A stretch of DNA of 64,000 nucleotides from Betaproteobacteria bacterium (GCA_021732605.1 JAKFUS010000003.1:51476-115475); one strand, 5' to 3'. Shown: positions 42,423 through 52,791, numbered from the stretch's first letter. Notes: generated by a model from the sequence alone, not told the origin. A program made the numbers and translations.

Positions 42423-43274
42423 ATGAATTCGCCGGAAAAAAGTCCCGCCACCGTCATCCACAGTTCGCTGCAGACCCGGTTTGGAGCCGATTTCTCCGTC
42501 GCGCAGGACCAGCAAGGAGTGGCGGAGCTGGCGCAAATCGCCAGCCATCGCACGATCCGCCGTTACCGTCCGGATCCGGTGGCGCCGGTACTGCTGCGCC
42601 TGCTGCTGGCCTGCGCGCTGTCGGCGCCGACCAAAAGCGATCTGCAGCAGGCCGATATCATCCACATCACGGATGCCGGCAAACGCCAGCGCATCGTTGC
42701 CGCGATCCCGGACATGGCGTGGATCCTCGATGCACCGGTGTTTCTGGTGTTCTGTGGCAACAACCGCCGCATCCGCCACATCGGCAACTGGCGCGGCAAA
42801 CCTTTTGCCAACGAACACCTCGATCACTTCATGAATGCTGCGGTCGATGCCGGTATCGTGATGATGAATTTCATCCGCGCCGCGGAGGCGGCCGGCCTCG
42901 GTACCTGCCCGATCAGCGCCATCCGCAACGCGATTGATGACACCAGCCGCGAGCTGGAACTGCCGGAAGGGGTGTTTCCGGTCGCAGGACTCTGCGTGGG
43001 TTATCCGGCAACCCCCGGCCACATCAGCCCACGGCTGGGGCTGGAGGTCACGGTGCACACCAACCGCTACGACGAGAGCGCGCTAAGTGTACAGGTGGAT
43101 GCCTACGATCAGCGCCGGCACGCCAACCATCCTTACGGCAAACAGCGTCGCACTAAATCATTCGGTACAGCGGAATTTTATGGCTGGTCGGAAGACAAAG
43201 CCCGGCAATATGCCGAACCGGAGCGCGCGGATTTCGGCGCCTACATCCGGCGCCAGGGGTTCAGCCTGAAATAG
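42423..43274 (+). CDS. NADPH-dependent nitroreductase-family oxidoreductase (NfsA-like)
   Basis: 283 aa. HRTIRRY, SAPTKSDLQQ and AAEAAGLGTCPI are nitroreductase-fold blocks. Confidence 0.8.
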   Translation: MNSPEKSPATVIHSSLQTRFGADFSVAQDQQGVAELAQIASHRTIRRYRPDPVAPVLLRLLLACALSAPTKSDLQQADIIHITDAGKRQRIVAAIPDMAWILDAPVFLVFCGNNRRIRHIGNWRGKPFANEHLDHFMNAAVDAGIVMMNFIRAAEAAGLGTCPISAIRNAIDDTSRELELPEGVFPVAGLCVGYPATPGHISPRLGLEVTVHTNRYDESALSVQVDAYDQRRHANHPYGKQRRTKSFGTAEFYGWSEDKARQYAEPERADFGAYIRRQGFSLK

Positions 43275-43302
43275 CGGAGCAAAAAAAGAGGCGCGGGCGT
43301 GC

Positions 43303-44655
43303 TCAGCGCATGCCCGGAAACATGCCCTTCATGTTGCGCATCATTTTTGCCATGCCGCCCTTGGCAACCATTTTCATCATTTTCTGCGTCTGCTCGAACT
43401 GAGCGAGCAGGCGGTTGACTTCCTGCACGCTGACCCCCGCGCCGGTGGCAATGCGGCGTTTGCGTGAAGCCTTGAGCAATTCGGGCTTGGCGCGTTCCAG
43501 TGGTGTCATCGAATTGATGATGCCTTCGAGCCGCCGGATGGTTTTGTCTTCCATCTGCGGCGCGGCCTGTGCCGCCTGCGCCAATTGCGCCGGCAGCTTG
43601 TCCATCAGTGCGCTCATGCCACCCATCTTGCGCATCTGCACCACCTGCTGCTTGAAATCCTCGAGATCAAAACCTTTGCCGCTCTTGACCTTGCGTGCGA
43701 GTTTTTCCGCCTCCTCAATGTTGACCGATTTCTGCACATCCTCGATCAGCGACAGCACGTCGCCCATGCCGAGAATGCGCGAGGCCATGCGGTCGGGATG
43801 GAAGGCTTCCAGTCCCGTCAGTTTCTCGCCGGTGCCGGCAAACTTGATCGGTTTGCCGGTGACGTGGCGCACCGACAGCGCAGCGCCGCCGCGCGCATCA
43901 CCGTCGAGCTTGGTCAGGATGACCCCCGTCAGCGGCAGCGCTTCGCCAAAGGCTTTCGCCACGTTGACGGCGTCCTGGCCCTGCATCGCGTCGACAACGA
44001 ACAGCGTCTCTATCGGATTCAGGGCAGCGTGCAACTCGCGGATTTCCTGCATCATCGCCGCATCGATCGCGAGACGGCCGGCAGTATCGACGATCAATAC
44101 TTCGTGATAATGGGTGCGTGCGTATTCCAACGCGCGTTTGGCGATGTCCACCGGTTTTTCATCAGCACCCGCAGGATAAAAATCCGCCTCGACCTGTCCG
44201 GCCAGCACCTTCAGCTGCTCAATGGCCGCCGGGCGATAGACGTCGCAGCTCACCAGCAATACTTTTTTGCGCTGCTCCGTGCGCAGCCAGCGCGCGAGTT
44301 TGCCGGCGGTGGTGGTTTTGCCGGCACCCTGCAGGCCGGCCATCAGGATCACCGCCGGCGGCTGCGCAGCCAGATTGAGCGATTCGCTGTGTTCACCCAT
44401 CAGCGCTATCAACTCGCGATGCACGACACCAACCAGCGCTTGGCCCGGAGTCAGGCTGCCGACAACCTCTTCACCCACCGCTTTCGAGCGGATGCTGTCG
44501 ATGAAAACCTTGACCACCGGCAACGCCACATCGGCTTCAAGCAGCGCCATGCGCACTTCGCGCAACGCCTCCTGGATGTTGGCGTCGCTGAGGCGCGCTT
44601 CGCCGCGCAGCGTCTTGACGACGCGCGACAGCCGTCCGGTGAGGTTGTCAAACAT
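43303..44655 (-). CDS. ffh: signal recognition particle protein Ffh
   Basis: MFDNLTGRLSRVVKTLRG.., GLQGAGKTTTAGKLA, DTAGR, and a Met-rich M domain at the C-terminus. Start chosen at ATG 44655. Confidence 0.9.
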   Translation of the reverse strand: MFDNLTGRLSRVVKTLRGEARLSDANIQEALREVRMALLEADVALPVVKVFIDSIRSKAVGEEVVGSLTPGQALVGVVHRELIALMGEHSESLNLAAQPPAVILMAGLQGAGKTTTAGKLARWLRTEQRKKVLLVSCDVYRPAAIEQLKVLAGQVEADFYPAGADEKPVDIAKRALEYARTHYHEVLIVDTAGRLAIDAAMMQEIRELHAALNPIETLFVVDAMQGQDAVNVAKAFGEALPLTGVILTKLDGDARGGAALSVRHVTGKPIKFAGTGEKLTGLEAFHPDRMASRILGMGDVLSLIEDVQKSVNIEEAEKLARKVKSGKGFDLEDFKQQVVQMRKMGGMSALMDKLPAQLAQAAQAAPQMEDKTIRRLEGIINSMTPLERAKPELLKASRKRRIATGAGVSVQEVNRLLAQFEQTQKMMKMVAKGGMAKMMRNMKGMFPGMR

Positions 44656-44695
44656 GGAATGTGGTGAAGAGTGCGTTCGGGTAAACTTGAAGACT

Positions 44696-45520
44696 ATGCA
44701 GGGCATTTTACCGTATCTGATCAGCGCGCTTCTGTATGTGGCGATGACGGTCTACTTCTGGCGATTGCACTGGTCTGCGGCCGCGGTCACGCCGGTCGCA
44801 TCCCACCGCGCCATCGAACGCGCAGGGGTGCTGGCCGCACTCGGCGGGCATGCCGCCGTATTGTTCGGCACCATGCTCGCGGGCAACGCCCTGCGCATCG
44901 GCGTCGGCGACGCCATCTCCGCAATCCTCTGGCTGACCGTACTGATTTACTGGCTGGGCGGCCTGTTCTACCGTCTTGAAGGCCTGCAGGCGCTGATCAT
45001 GCCGGTGGCGGCAGTAGCGGCATTCCTGCCGGCACTGCTCCCCGAATCGCGGCCGTTGCCGAATACCGAATTGCTGGCGTTCAAACTGCATGTACTGATC
45101 TCGATGCTCGCCTACAGCCTGTTCACGATCGCGTCGCTGCATGTGCTGCTGATGGCCATGCTCGAACGCCGCCTGCATCAGGGGGCGTTGCCTGCCGGGT
45201 TGCAGAAACTGCCGCCGCTGCTGACCATGGAAACCCTGCTGTTCCGCATCATCTGGGCAGGCTTCATCATGTTGTCGTTGACGCTGGCCAGCGGCGTTGT
45301 ATTTTCTGAAGAACTGTTCGGCAAGGCGGCACGACTCAACCACAAGACCATTTTCGGCATCCTGTCGTGGTTCGTGTTTGGTGCGCTGCTGTTCGGCCGG
45401 CATTTCCACGGCTGGCGCGGACGTGTCGCCGTACGCTGGACACTCACCGGCTCCCTGATGCTGGTGCTGGCCTATCTGGGCAGCAAGTTCGTCGTCGAAG
45501 TGCTGCTCGGCCGGGGCTGA
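44696..45520 (+). CDS. cytochrome c assembly (CcsA/YpjD-like) inner-membrane protein
   Basis: 274 aa polytopic membrane protein from ATG 44696. It is divergent from ffh, as ypjD is in many proteobacteria. Confidence 0.7.
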   Translation: MQGILPYLISALLYVAMTVYFWRLHWSAAAVTPVASHRAIERAGVLAALGGHAAVLFGTMLAGNALRIGVGDAISAILWLTVLIYWLGGLFYRLEGLQALIMPVAAVAAFLPALLPESRPLPNTELLAFKLHVLISMLAYSLFTIASLHVLLMAMLERRLHQGALPAGLQKLPPLLTMETLLFRIIWAGFIMLSLTLASGVVFSEELFGKAARLNHKTIFGILSWFVFGALLFGRHFHGWRGRVAVRWTLTGSLMLVLAYLGSKFVVEVLLGRG

Positions 45521-45580
45521 CTGCTACGCTGCCTGGCGGCGGCGCTCTGACGCCGCTGTCGATTTTTTTGAGGTGTTCTC

Positions 45581-46876
45581 ATGGAAGTGCTGATACTTGT
45601 CTGCCTGATCCTGCTCAACGGCGCATTTGCGATGTCCGAGGTCGCACTGCTGACCGCGCGCCAGTCCAAACTGGCGACGCTTGCGCAACGGGGCGACAAA
45701 CTCGCCGCAGCGGCCATTAAGCTCAGTGCGAATCCGACCCGTTTCCTGTCGACCGTGCAGATCGGCATCACTTCAATCGGACTGCTGAACGGCATCGTCG
45801 GCGAAGCCATTCTCGCCGAACCTTTCGCGGCATGGCTGCAGATGCAAGGGATGGAACCCAAGCTGAGCGCCATTACCGCCACGGCGATTGTGGTGGTTGG
45901 CGTGACTTATGTTTCCATCGTCATCGGCGAAATTGTGCCCAAACGACTCGGCCAGCACAGCGCGGAAAATATTTCACGCTATGTGTCATGGCCGATGCGC
46001 GGACTGGCATTCATCACCGCACCGTTCGTCCATCTACTGACCGTCTCCACCAATGCCGTGCTCGGACTCGCGCTGCGCCTGCTGCGCCTGCAGCCGCAGG
46101 AATCCGGGCCGCAGCCGCTGTCGATTGACGAAATCCGCACCATTGTCCTGGAGTCCTCCAATGTGCTGCCGAAAAAGCACGCCACGGTGCTGCTCAATCT
46201 GCTTGAGCTTGGTGCAATCACCGTGGATGACGTGATGGTGCCGCGCAACCAGATCGAGGCCGTAAACCTCGACCTGCCGCTGGAGGATCTGGCGCAGCAA
46301 ATCTCGACGGCACACCACCGCCGTGTGGTGGTTTACCAGGATCAGCTGGACAACGTAATCGGCACCTTGCGGGTGCGGCATGCGCTGACACTGATTCAGC
46401 GCGAAGAGCTGACCCACGACAGTCTGCGGGAGATGATCCGCGAACCCTATTTTGTGCCCTCCGCCACCCCGCTGCTCGCGCAAATCCAGCATTTCCAGGA
46501 ACATGAGGACCGCGTCAGCCTGGTTGTTGACGAATATGGAGAAATCATGGGGCTGGTAAGCCTTGACGACATCCTCGAGGAAATCATCGGAGAGTTCACC
46601 ACCCAGTCGCCGTTGATGGCCCGCGGCTTGCACCGTCAAGCCGACGGCAGTTATGTCATCGAAGGCAGCACGCTGCTGCGTGAACTCAACCGCAAACTAG
46701 GTTTCAGCTTCCCGCTGGACGGTCCGAAAACTTTGAACGGGCTGATTCTGGAACATCTGCAGGACATCCCTGAGCCCAATACCAGTGTGCGCATTGCCGG
46801 GCATCCGCTGGAGATCGTCCAGACCCAGGATCGGGTCATCAAAAGCGTGCGGGTATACGCACCGACGCGCCCATAA
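45581..46876 (+). CDS. HlyC/CorC-family (CNNM/DUF21 + CBS pair + CorC_HlyC) transporter
   Basis: 431 aa. The N-terminal DUF21 membrane domain (LNGAFAMSEVAL) is followed by a CBS pair and a C-terminal transporter-associated domain. Confidence 0.85.
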   Translation: MEVLILVCLILLNGAFAMSEVALLTARQSKLATLAQRGDKLAAAAIKLSANPTRFLSTVQIGITSIGLLNGIVGEAILAEPFAAWLQMQGMEPKLSAITATAIVVVGVTYVSIVIGEIVPKRLGQHSAENISRYVSWPMRGLAFITAPFVHLLTVSTNAVLGLALRLLRLQPQESGPQPLSIDEIRTIVLESSNVLPKKHATVLLNLLELGAITVDDVMVPRNQIEAVNLDLPLEDLAQQISTAHHRRVVVYQDQLDNVIGTLRVRHALTLIQREELTHDSLREMIREPYFVPSATPLLAQIQHFQEHEDRVSLVVDEYGEIMGLVSLDDILEEIIGEFTTQSPLMARGLHRQADGSYVIEGSTLLRELNRKLGFSFPLDGPKTLNGLILEHLQDIPEPNTSVRIAGHPLEIVQTQDRVIKSVRVYAPTRP

Positions 46877-46990
46877 GCCTTTACCAAATAGTGTGCAATG
46901 CAGCCTTTACAAAGGTAGGCAGGAAAGGCATCATTCCAGCAATAACCGATCGTAACCTATTGGTTCATCGAAGGATTTTGGAGGCCAGCC

Positions 46991-48220
46991 ATGGCAACTG
47001 CAGCCGCTGCCGCACGCAAATCGGAAATTACTGAATACACTTTTCGCTGGGTAGGCCAGGATCGCGCCGGGAAAACCGTGCGCGGTGAAATACAGGCCAG
47101 CGGAGAGGCGCAGGTCAACGCCACCCTGCGCAGGCAGGGCATCAAAATTGTTGAGGTCAAGAAACAGCGCATGGGCCGCGGCGGCTCGGTATCTGAAAAG
47201 GACATCACGCTGTTCACCCGTCAGTTGGCAACAATGATGAAATCCGGCGTGCCATTGCTGCAGGCCTTCGACATCGTCGGCAAGGGCCATAGCAATCCGG
47301 CGGTAGCCCGCCTGCTGATGGCCATCAAGTCCGATGTCGAAACCGGTACCAGCCTTAAACAGGCATTCGAGAAACATCCGCTACATTTCGATGCGCTGTT
47401 CTGCAACCTGGTCGGCGCCGGTGAAGCCGCCGGTATTCTGGAAAGCCTGCTCGACCGGCTTGCCACTTACAAGGAAAAAATCCTCGGCATCAAGGCCAAG
47501 ATCAAGTCGGCACTTTTTTACCCTATCGCCATCATCGTGGTTGCCGTGGTGATTACTGCGATCATCATGATTTTCGTGATTCCGGCGTTCAAGGAAGTGT
47601 TCAAGAGTTTCGGTGCCGATCTGCCGACGCCGACACTTATCGTGATGGCCATGTCCGATTTCGTCGTTGCCAACTGGTTCGTCCTGTTCGGCGGCGCGGG
47701 CGGTGCAATTTACGCGTTTTTCTGGACCTGGAAACGCTCGGTAAAAATGCAAATGTTCATGGACCGCCTTACACTGAAAATTCCGATTTTCGGCGACCTG
47801 ATCCGCAAATCTTCAATTGCGCGCTGGACTCGCACACTGTCCACGATGTTTGCCGCAGGCGTGCCGCTGGTCGATGCGCTGGGTTCTGTCGCGGGCGCCT
47901 CCGGCAACTACGTTTACTATGTCGCCACCAAGAAAATCCAGTCCGAGGTTTCCACCGGTTCCAGCCTCACGTCATCGATGCAGGGCACCGACGTGTTTCC
48001 GAGCATGGTGATCCAGATGGTGATGATCGGCGAGGAAGCCGGCTCGCTGGACGCGATGCTCGGCAAGGTCGCCGACTTCTTTGAGCAGGAGGTCGATGAC
48101 ACCGTGGATGCACTGGCCAGCCTGATGGAGCCGATGATCATGGTGGTGCTGGGCACGCTGATCGGCGGCATGGTGATCGCGATGTATCTGCCGATCTTCA
48201 AGCTGGGCTCTGCGGTATAA
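46991..48220 (+). CDS. pilC: type IV pilus assembly platform protein PilC (T2SS F family)
   Basis: 409 aa with two GspF repeats (LATMMKSGVPLLQAF.. and LSTMFAAGVPLVDAL..). Confidence 0.85.
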   Translation: MATAAAAARKSEITEYTFRWVGQDRAGKTVRGEIQASGEAQVNATLRRQGIKIVEVKKQRMGRGGSVSEKDITLFTRQLATMMKSGVPLLQAFDIVGKGHSNPAVARLLMAIKSDVETGTSLKQAFEKHPLHFDALFCNLVGAGEAAGILESLLDRLATYKEKILGIKAKIKSALFYPIAIIVVAVVITAIIMIFVIPAFKEVFKSFGADLPTPTLIVMAMSDFVVANWFVLFGGAGGAIYAFFWTWKRSVKMQMFMDRLTLKIPIFGDLIRKSSIARWTRTLSTMFAAGVPLVDALGSVAGASGNYVYYVATKKIQSEVSTGSSLTSSMQGTDVFPSMVIQMVMIGEEAGSLDAMLGKVADFFEQEVDDTVDALASLMEPMIMVVLGTLIGGMVIAMYLPIFKLGSAV

Positions 48221-48324
48221 ACCCGCGGTATAAGCCTTGCCCCACACGCCGCCCGGCGCCACGCGCGGCTCGCGCAGCCGGGCGTTGCGCTGATGCCGCG
48301 TGCCGTTTCCGCTAATTGCCGACC

Positions 48325-49167
48325 ATGCTGTCTGATCCCCTGATTTTTTCCCTGTGTGCTGCGCTTCTCGGCCTGTGCGTCGGCAGTTTTCTCAACGTCG
48401 TCATCCATCGCCTGCCGAAAATGATGGAACGCGAGTGGCGCGCGGAATGCGCCGAACTCGCCGGCCAGGAAGCCCCGGCGGTGCAACGTTACAACCTTGT
48501 TGTGCCGCGTTCGGCCTGCCCTGCCTGTAACCGCCCGATCGCCGCACTGGAGAACATTCCCCTGCTGAGCTGGATCCTGTTGAGCGGCAAATGCGCCGGC
48601 TGCAGCGCGCGCATCTCCCCGCGCTATCCTGCTGTCGAGGCCCTGACCGCCATCCTCTCCGCTTACATTGCCTGGCATTTCGGTTTCGGCATGGCCGCGG
48701 CAGGTGCGCTGCTGTTCACCTGGGCGATGATCACGCTGACCTTCATCGACCTCGACACCTATTTCCTGCCGGACAGTATTACGCTGCCGTTATTGTGGCT
48801 AGGCCTGCTGCTCAACATCAGCGGCATCTACACGCCGCTGTCCGGCGCCGTGATCGGCGCAGCGGCCGGTTATCTTTCGCTGTGGAGCGTGTACTGGATT
48901 TTCAAGTGGGCGACCGGCAAGGAAGGCATGGGTTACGGTGACTTCAAGCTGCTTGCTGCCATCGGCGCCTGGCTGGGTTGGCAAATGCTGCCGCTGACCA
49001 TCCTCTTGTCATCGCTGGTTGGCGCAGTCATCGGCATCGGGCTGATCGTGTTTGCCGGCCGCGGCCGCAGCGTGCCGATTCCCTTCGGTCCGTATCTGGC
49101 CATCGCGGGCATGATCGCTCTGCTGCACGGCCCTGCCCTGACCCGGGCGTGGTTCGGCCCGCTCTGA
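48325..49167 (+). CDS. pilD: prepilin peptidase / N-methyltransferase PilD (A24 family)
   Basis: GSFLNVVIHRLP, Cys pairs CPACNRP..CAGC, and GYGDFKLLAAIGAWLG with the catalytic Asp. The track start at 48316 is TTG, so ATG 48325 is preferred. Confidence 0.85.
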   Translation: MLSDPLIFSLCAALLGLCVGSFLNVVIHRLPKMMEREWRAECAELAGQEAPAVQRYNLVVPRSACPACNRPIAALENIPLLSWILLSGKCAGCSARISPRYPAVEALTAILSAYIAWHFGFGMAAAGALLFTWAMITLTFIDLDTYFLPDSITLPLLWLGLLLNISGIYTPLSGAVIGAAAGYLSLWSVYWIFKWATGKEGMGYGDFKLLAAIGAWLGWQMLPLTILLSSLVGAVIGIGLIVFAGRGRSVPIPFGPYLAIAGMIALLHGPALTRAWFGPL

Positions 49168-49170
49168 ACC

Positions 49171-49794
49171 ATGACGTTCTGCGTCGGCGTCACCGGCGGC
49201 ATCGGTTCCGGCAAATCGCGAGCCGCGGCATTATTCGGTGAACTGGGCGCGGACGTTGTCGATACCGACGACATCTCACATGAACTTACTGCCGCAGGCG
49301 GCAGCGCGATGCCGGCGATCGCTGCGGCTTTCGGTCCCGCAGCAGTAGCGGCAGACAGCAGCCTGGATCGCACCGTGATGCGCCGGCTGGTGTTCGAAAA
49401 CCCAGACGCCCGCAAACAACTGGAAACCATACTGCACCCGCTGATCCGTGACCGCGCCCGCAGCCGCGTCATGGCATCCCCCGCGCCATACGTGTTGCTG
49501 GTGGTGCCGCTGCTGCTGGAGACCGGGGCGTACCGTGGCCTGGTACAGCGCGTTCTGGTGGTGGATTGCGATGAATCACTGCAGATCACCCGCGCGATGC
49601 AACGCAGCAACCTGAGCCCAGACGCGGTTCGCGCCATCATGGCTGCACAACTGCCACGCCAGCAACGACTGGCCGGCGCCGATGATGTGATCCGCAATGA
49701 CGGCGACATCGCACAGCTGCGCGGGCAGGTCGCCGACCTGCATCATCAATACCTGAGACTGGCAGCCAGCGCCGCAACCAGTCGCGGGAAATGA
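49171..49794 (+). CDS. coaE: dephospho-CoA kinase
   Basis: VGVTGGIGSGKS is the P-loop at the N-terminus. Length is 207 aa. Position after pilD is conserved. Confidence 0.85.
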   Translation: MTFCVGVTGGIGSGKSRAAALFGELGADVVDTDDISHELTAAGGSAMPAIAAAFGPAAVAADSSLDRTVMRRLVFENPDARKQLETILHPLIRDRARSRVMASPAPYVLLVVPLLLETGAYRGLVQRVLVVDCDESLQITRAMQRSNLSPDAVRAIMAAQLPRQQRLAGADDVIRNDGDIAQLRGQVADLHHQYLRLAASAATSRGK

Positions 49795-49894
49795 ACTGCA
49801 GCAAGGGCACCAAGCCTTTATTTTTTCTGGGTTTTGTCCGATACTCCGGCAATCGGACTTCAACCCCATTTCATCGACTTCGGGCGCACCAGAC

Positions 49895-50650
49895 GTGATT
49901 GTCTACGAGCATCCTCTGAGCGAACGCGTGCGCACCCTGTTGCGCCTCGAACACCTTTTCGAGCGTACTCAATATTTCCTGGGCCAGGATGATGGTCCTG
50001 AACATCATGTGGCACTGCTGCTGATTTTCGAAATCCTTGAGGTCGCCAGCCGTGCCGATCTGAAATCGGACCTGCTGCAGGAACTCGAACGTCAAAAGCA
50101 AACGCTGGACGCGCTGCGCGACAGCCCCGATATCTCGGAAGAAGCACTGGACAACGTATTGTGGCAAATTGACCAGGCATCCTCGCGACTGTTTCAGGCC
50201 TCGGGTAAAGTTGGACAGGAACTGCGCGAAAACGACTGGTTGATGAGCATCAAGCAGCGCACCGGAATTCCCGGCGGCGTATGCGGCTTCGATCTGCCCT
50301 CATACCATTACTGGTTGCAGCAAAACGCGGATACCCGGCGCCACGACCTGCAGCAATGGCTGGCCCCGTTTCTGCCAACCCGTGACGCGATCACCATCGT
50401 ACTGCGGCTGCTGCGGGAGAGCGGCAAAACCTCCTTGCAGACGGCACAACAAGGCGTCTACCAGCAGATGATGGCGGGACGCCTGGCGCAGATGCTGCGC
50501 ATACGGCTGTCCAATGATTACGCCTGCATTCCCGAAATCAGCGCGAACAAATACGCGCTGAACATCCGCTTCACCACGCAGGAAGGCATCCAGCGCCCCA
50601 AGGCCTCGGACACCGATGTCGAATTCGAACTGACCTTCTGCAATCTCTGA
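49895..50650 (+). CDS. zapD: cell division protein ZapD
   Basis: IVYEHPLSERVRTLLRLEHLF parallels the E. coli ZapD N-terminus (FEHPLNEKMRTWLRIEFL). 251 aa, GTG start. Confidence 0.85.
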   Translation: MIVYEHPLSERVRTLLRLEHLFERTQYFLGQDDGPEHHVALLLIFEILEVASRADLKSDLLQELERQKQTLDALRDSPDISEEALDNVLWQIDQASSRLFQASGKVGQELRENDWLMSIKQRTGIPGGVCGFDLPSYHYWLQQNADTRRHDLQQWLAPFLPTRDAITIVLRLLRESGKTSLQTAQQGVYQQMMAGRLAQMLRIRLSNDYACIPEISANKYALNIRFTTQEGIQRPKASDTDVEFELTFCNL

Positions 50651-50653
50651 ACG

Positions 50654-50851
50654 ATGGCAAAGACAGTCGCCTGCCCTAATTGCGGCACAGGCATCGAATG
50701 GAATCCGGAAAACCGTTTCCGCCCCTTTTGCTCGGAGCGCTGCAAGATGGTGGATCTTGGCGCGTGGGCAACGGAACGCTATCGCGTGCCGGTCGTGGAA
50801 ACCGACGAGTTGGAAGTGCCGGACGAGGGCGACTCGCCCAAACCGAATTAA
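50654..50851 (+). CDS. yacG: DNA gyrase inhibitor YacG (zinc finger)
   Basis: [21 protein letters not shown] is the YacG signature. Confidence 0.85.
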   Translation: MAKTVACPNCGTGIEWNPENRFRPFCSERCKMVDLGAWATERYRVPVVETDELEVPDEGDSPKPN

Positions 50852-50860
50852 GATTCGCGC

Positions 50861-51811
50861 CTAAGTCCAGGCACCGCGCACCATGGCGAGGCCATGGGCA
50901 CCGCTGACCAGCGCCTGTTCGCGGTTACCGGCCTGCAATCCGCCCAGCGCAAACACCGGAATCCGCGCATCAACCACCAGTTGCTGCAATCCCGTCCAAC
51001 TCAGCAACACCGCATCAGGATGTGTGGGGGTCGGCAACACCGGGCCGAGTACAGCGAAGTCGGCGCCCAGCTGCTCCGCTCTGTGTAATTCTTCCGCGTT
51101 GTGGCATGACGCACCGACCAATGCAAAATCGGGGCGCTGCGTAACATCACGCAATTGCTGCGAGGTCAGATGTACGCCGTCGGCGCCGCTGCGTTGTGCC
51201 AGTGCGATATCCGCGTTGACCAGCACGCGGGCGTCAAAGGCATGAGCCCGTGCCACGATGTCCCCGGCATAACGCGCGAATAATTCCGCCGGCCAGTCCT
51301 TGCCGCGCACCTGGATCAGGCGCAGCCCCTGTTGCAGAGCGCCTTCAATCCGGTCCAGTGCCCGGGGATACTCTGTCACCGCAAAACCGGTGATGCCGTA
51401 GGTCTCCGGGATGCCCAGCGCCTGCAGTATCGGGCCGTTGGCCGGCAGCAACGGTGCCACGTCGATCGCGTTTAGTCGCTGCCAGGCAAAGGCCTGCGCT
51501 TCACGACTCTGCAATTCACCACTCCAGGCGCGCACACGGAAAAAATGCAGCCGTACGGCGGCATGCGGATAATCAAACTCGCGGATGAGCCAGGGATAAG
51601 CAGAGATGACGCCGATGCCGAGCTCTTCATGCAACTCGCGCGACAATGCAGCTACGGCTGTTTCGCCGTCTTCGATCTTGCCGCCGGGAAACTCCCAGTA
51701 ACCGGCATAGGCTTTTCCCGGCGGACGCTGAGCCAGCAGGAAACGGCCATCCGGTTGCTGCAGCACCGCGGCAGCGACCGCAATGCGACGGCGCGGTGGC
51801 TGTTCGATCAT
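50861..51811 (-). CDS. Nudix (MutT-like) hydrolase fused to a ThiE/TenI-like domain
   Basis: The Nudix box is GGKIEDGETAVAALSRELHEELGI. The C-terminal approx. 190 aa are thiamine-phosphate-synthase-fold-like (LIQVRGKD.., VGASCHN.., FALGG). Confidence 0.8.
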   Translation of the reverse strand: MIEQPPRRRIAVAAAVLQQPDGRFLLAQRPPGKAYAGYWEFPGGKIEDGETAVAALSRELHEELGIGVISAYPWLIREFDYPHAAVRLHFFRVRAWSGELQSREAQAFAWQRLNAIDVAPLLPANGPILQALGIPETYGITGFAVTEYPRALDRIEGALQQGLRLIQVRGKDWPAELFARYAGDIVARAHAFDARVLVNADIALAQRSGADGVHLTSQQLRDVTQRPDFALVGASCHNAEELHRAEQLGADFAVLGPVLPTPTHPDAVLLSWTGLQQLVVDARIPVFALGGLQAGNREQALVSGAHGLAMVRGAWT

Positions 51812-51837
51812 TGCCTCTTACTTGCGCTTATTTGCGC

Positions 51838-52740
51838 TCATTTGCGTTGCCTCAGCCGGTTGCGTCCCGCCCAGTCCCGCGCAAACTGCCAGGCCACGCG
51901 ACCGCTGCGCGAACCGCGCATCAGCGCCCACTGCAGCGCGGCGTGTTCGACTTCAGCAGTTTTGCCGCCAGTCACTTTGAAATGTTCCAGCCAGACGCGG
52001 ACGATGCGCAGGTACTCGTCCTGGTCAAACGGGTAGAACGACACCCACAGGCCAAAACGCTCCGACAGCGAAACCTTTTCTTCACTGGTTTCGCCGGGAT
52101 GGATTTCCTCGCCGACATGCTGGTATTCGAGGTTCTCGTGCATGAACTCCGGCATCAGATGGCGCCGATTGGAAGTTGCATAAATCAGGCAGTTCTCGGA
52201 CGCAGCGGCCACCGAGCCGTCGAGTACCACTTTCAGCGCCTTGTACCCCGGCTCATCGGCCTCGAACGACAGGTCGTCGCAGTACAGGATGTAGCGCTCG
52301 GGCCGTGCATGAATCAGTTCGACGATGTCCGGCAGATCGGTCAGATCGCGTTTCTCGACTTCGATCAGACGCAGGCCGCGCGATGCATATTTGTTCAGCA
52401 ACGCCTTGATCAGTGAAGACTTGCCGGTACCGCGCGCACCGGTGAGCAGCACGTTGTTGGCCGGATAACCATCGACGAACTGGCGGGTGTTGCGCTCGAC
52501 GCGGTCCTTCTGCTCGTCGATGCCCTGAAGGTCGCGCAGATCAATGCGATGCACCTGATGGATCGGTTCCAGCGCACCCTGCGCGGCTTTTTTGCGCCAG
52601 CGAAATGCAATCGACGCTTTCCAGTCGATGGTAGCCGGTGGCGCATGCAGCAGAAGTTCAAGACGCACCAGCAGCGTTTCGGCACGCACCATCAGATCGC
52701 TCATCTGCGCTGCAGGGACTACAGTCGGCAACTTCTTCAT
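51838..52740 (-). CDS. DUF815-family AAA-type ATP-binding protein
   Basis: 300 aa. NNVLLTGARGTGKSSLIKAL is the Walker A motif and ILYCDDLSF is Walker B. Confidence 0.75.
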   Translation of the reverse strand: MKKLPTVVPAAQMSDLMVRAETLLVRLELLLHAPPATIDWKASIAFRWRKKAAQGALEPIHQVHRIDLRDLQGIDEQKDRVERNTRQFVDGYPANNVLLTGARGTGKSSLIKALLNKYASRGLRLIEVEKRDLTDLPDIVELIHARPERYILYCDDLSFEADEPGYKALKVVLDGSVAAASENCLIYATSNRRHLMPEFMHENLEYQHVGEEIHPGETSEEKVSLSERFGLWVSFYPFDQDEYLRIVRVWLEHFKVTGGKTAEVEHAALQWALMRGSRSGRVAWQFARDWAGRNRLRQRK

Positions 52741-52743
52741 AAG

Positions 52744-52765
52744 TATATGATTTTATTTATTATTT
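52744..52765. repeat. AT-rich 22-nt motif TATATGATTTTATTTATTATTT (copy B)
   Basis: 21 of 22 nt identical to 33192-33213. It begins 3 nt upstream of the DUF815 start codon on the minus strand. Confidence 0.85.
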
Positions 52766-52791
52766 AACTTATGCATCTCAGCTTCCGCATC

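Noticed and set aside
43585-44667. 360-aa plus-strand ORF opposite ffh
   Set aside because: It is antisense to an unambiguous SRP54/Ffh gene. Its composition is His/Arg/Gln-rich and no homolog was recognised.
48251-48283. Intrinsic terminator between pilC and pilD
   Set aside because: It is a nested GC hairpin (GCCCGGC...GCGCG-gct-CGCGC...GCCGGGC) with no U-tract. pilD is expected to be co-transcribed, so this is at most an attenuating or stabilising structure.
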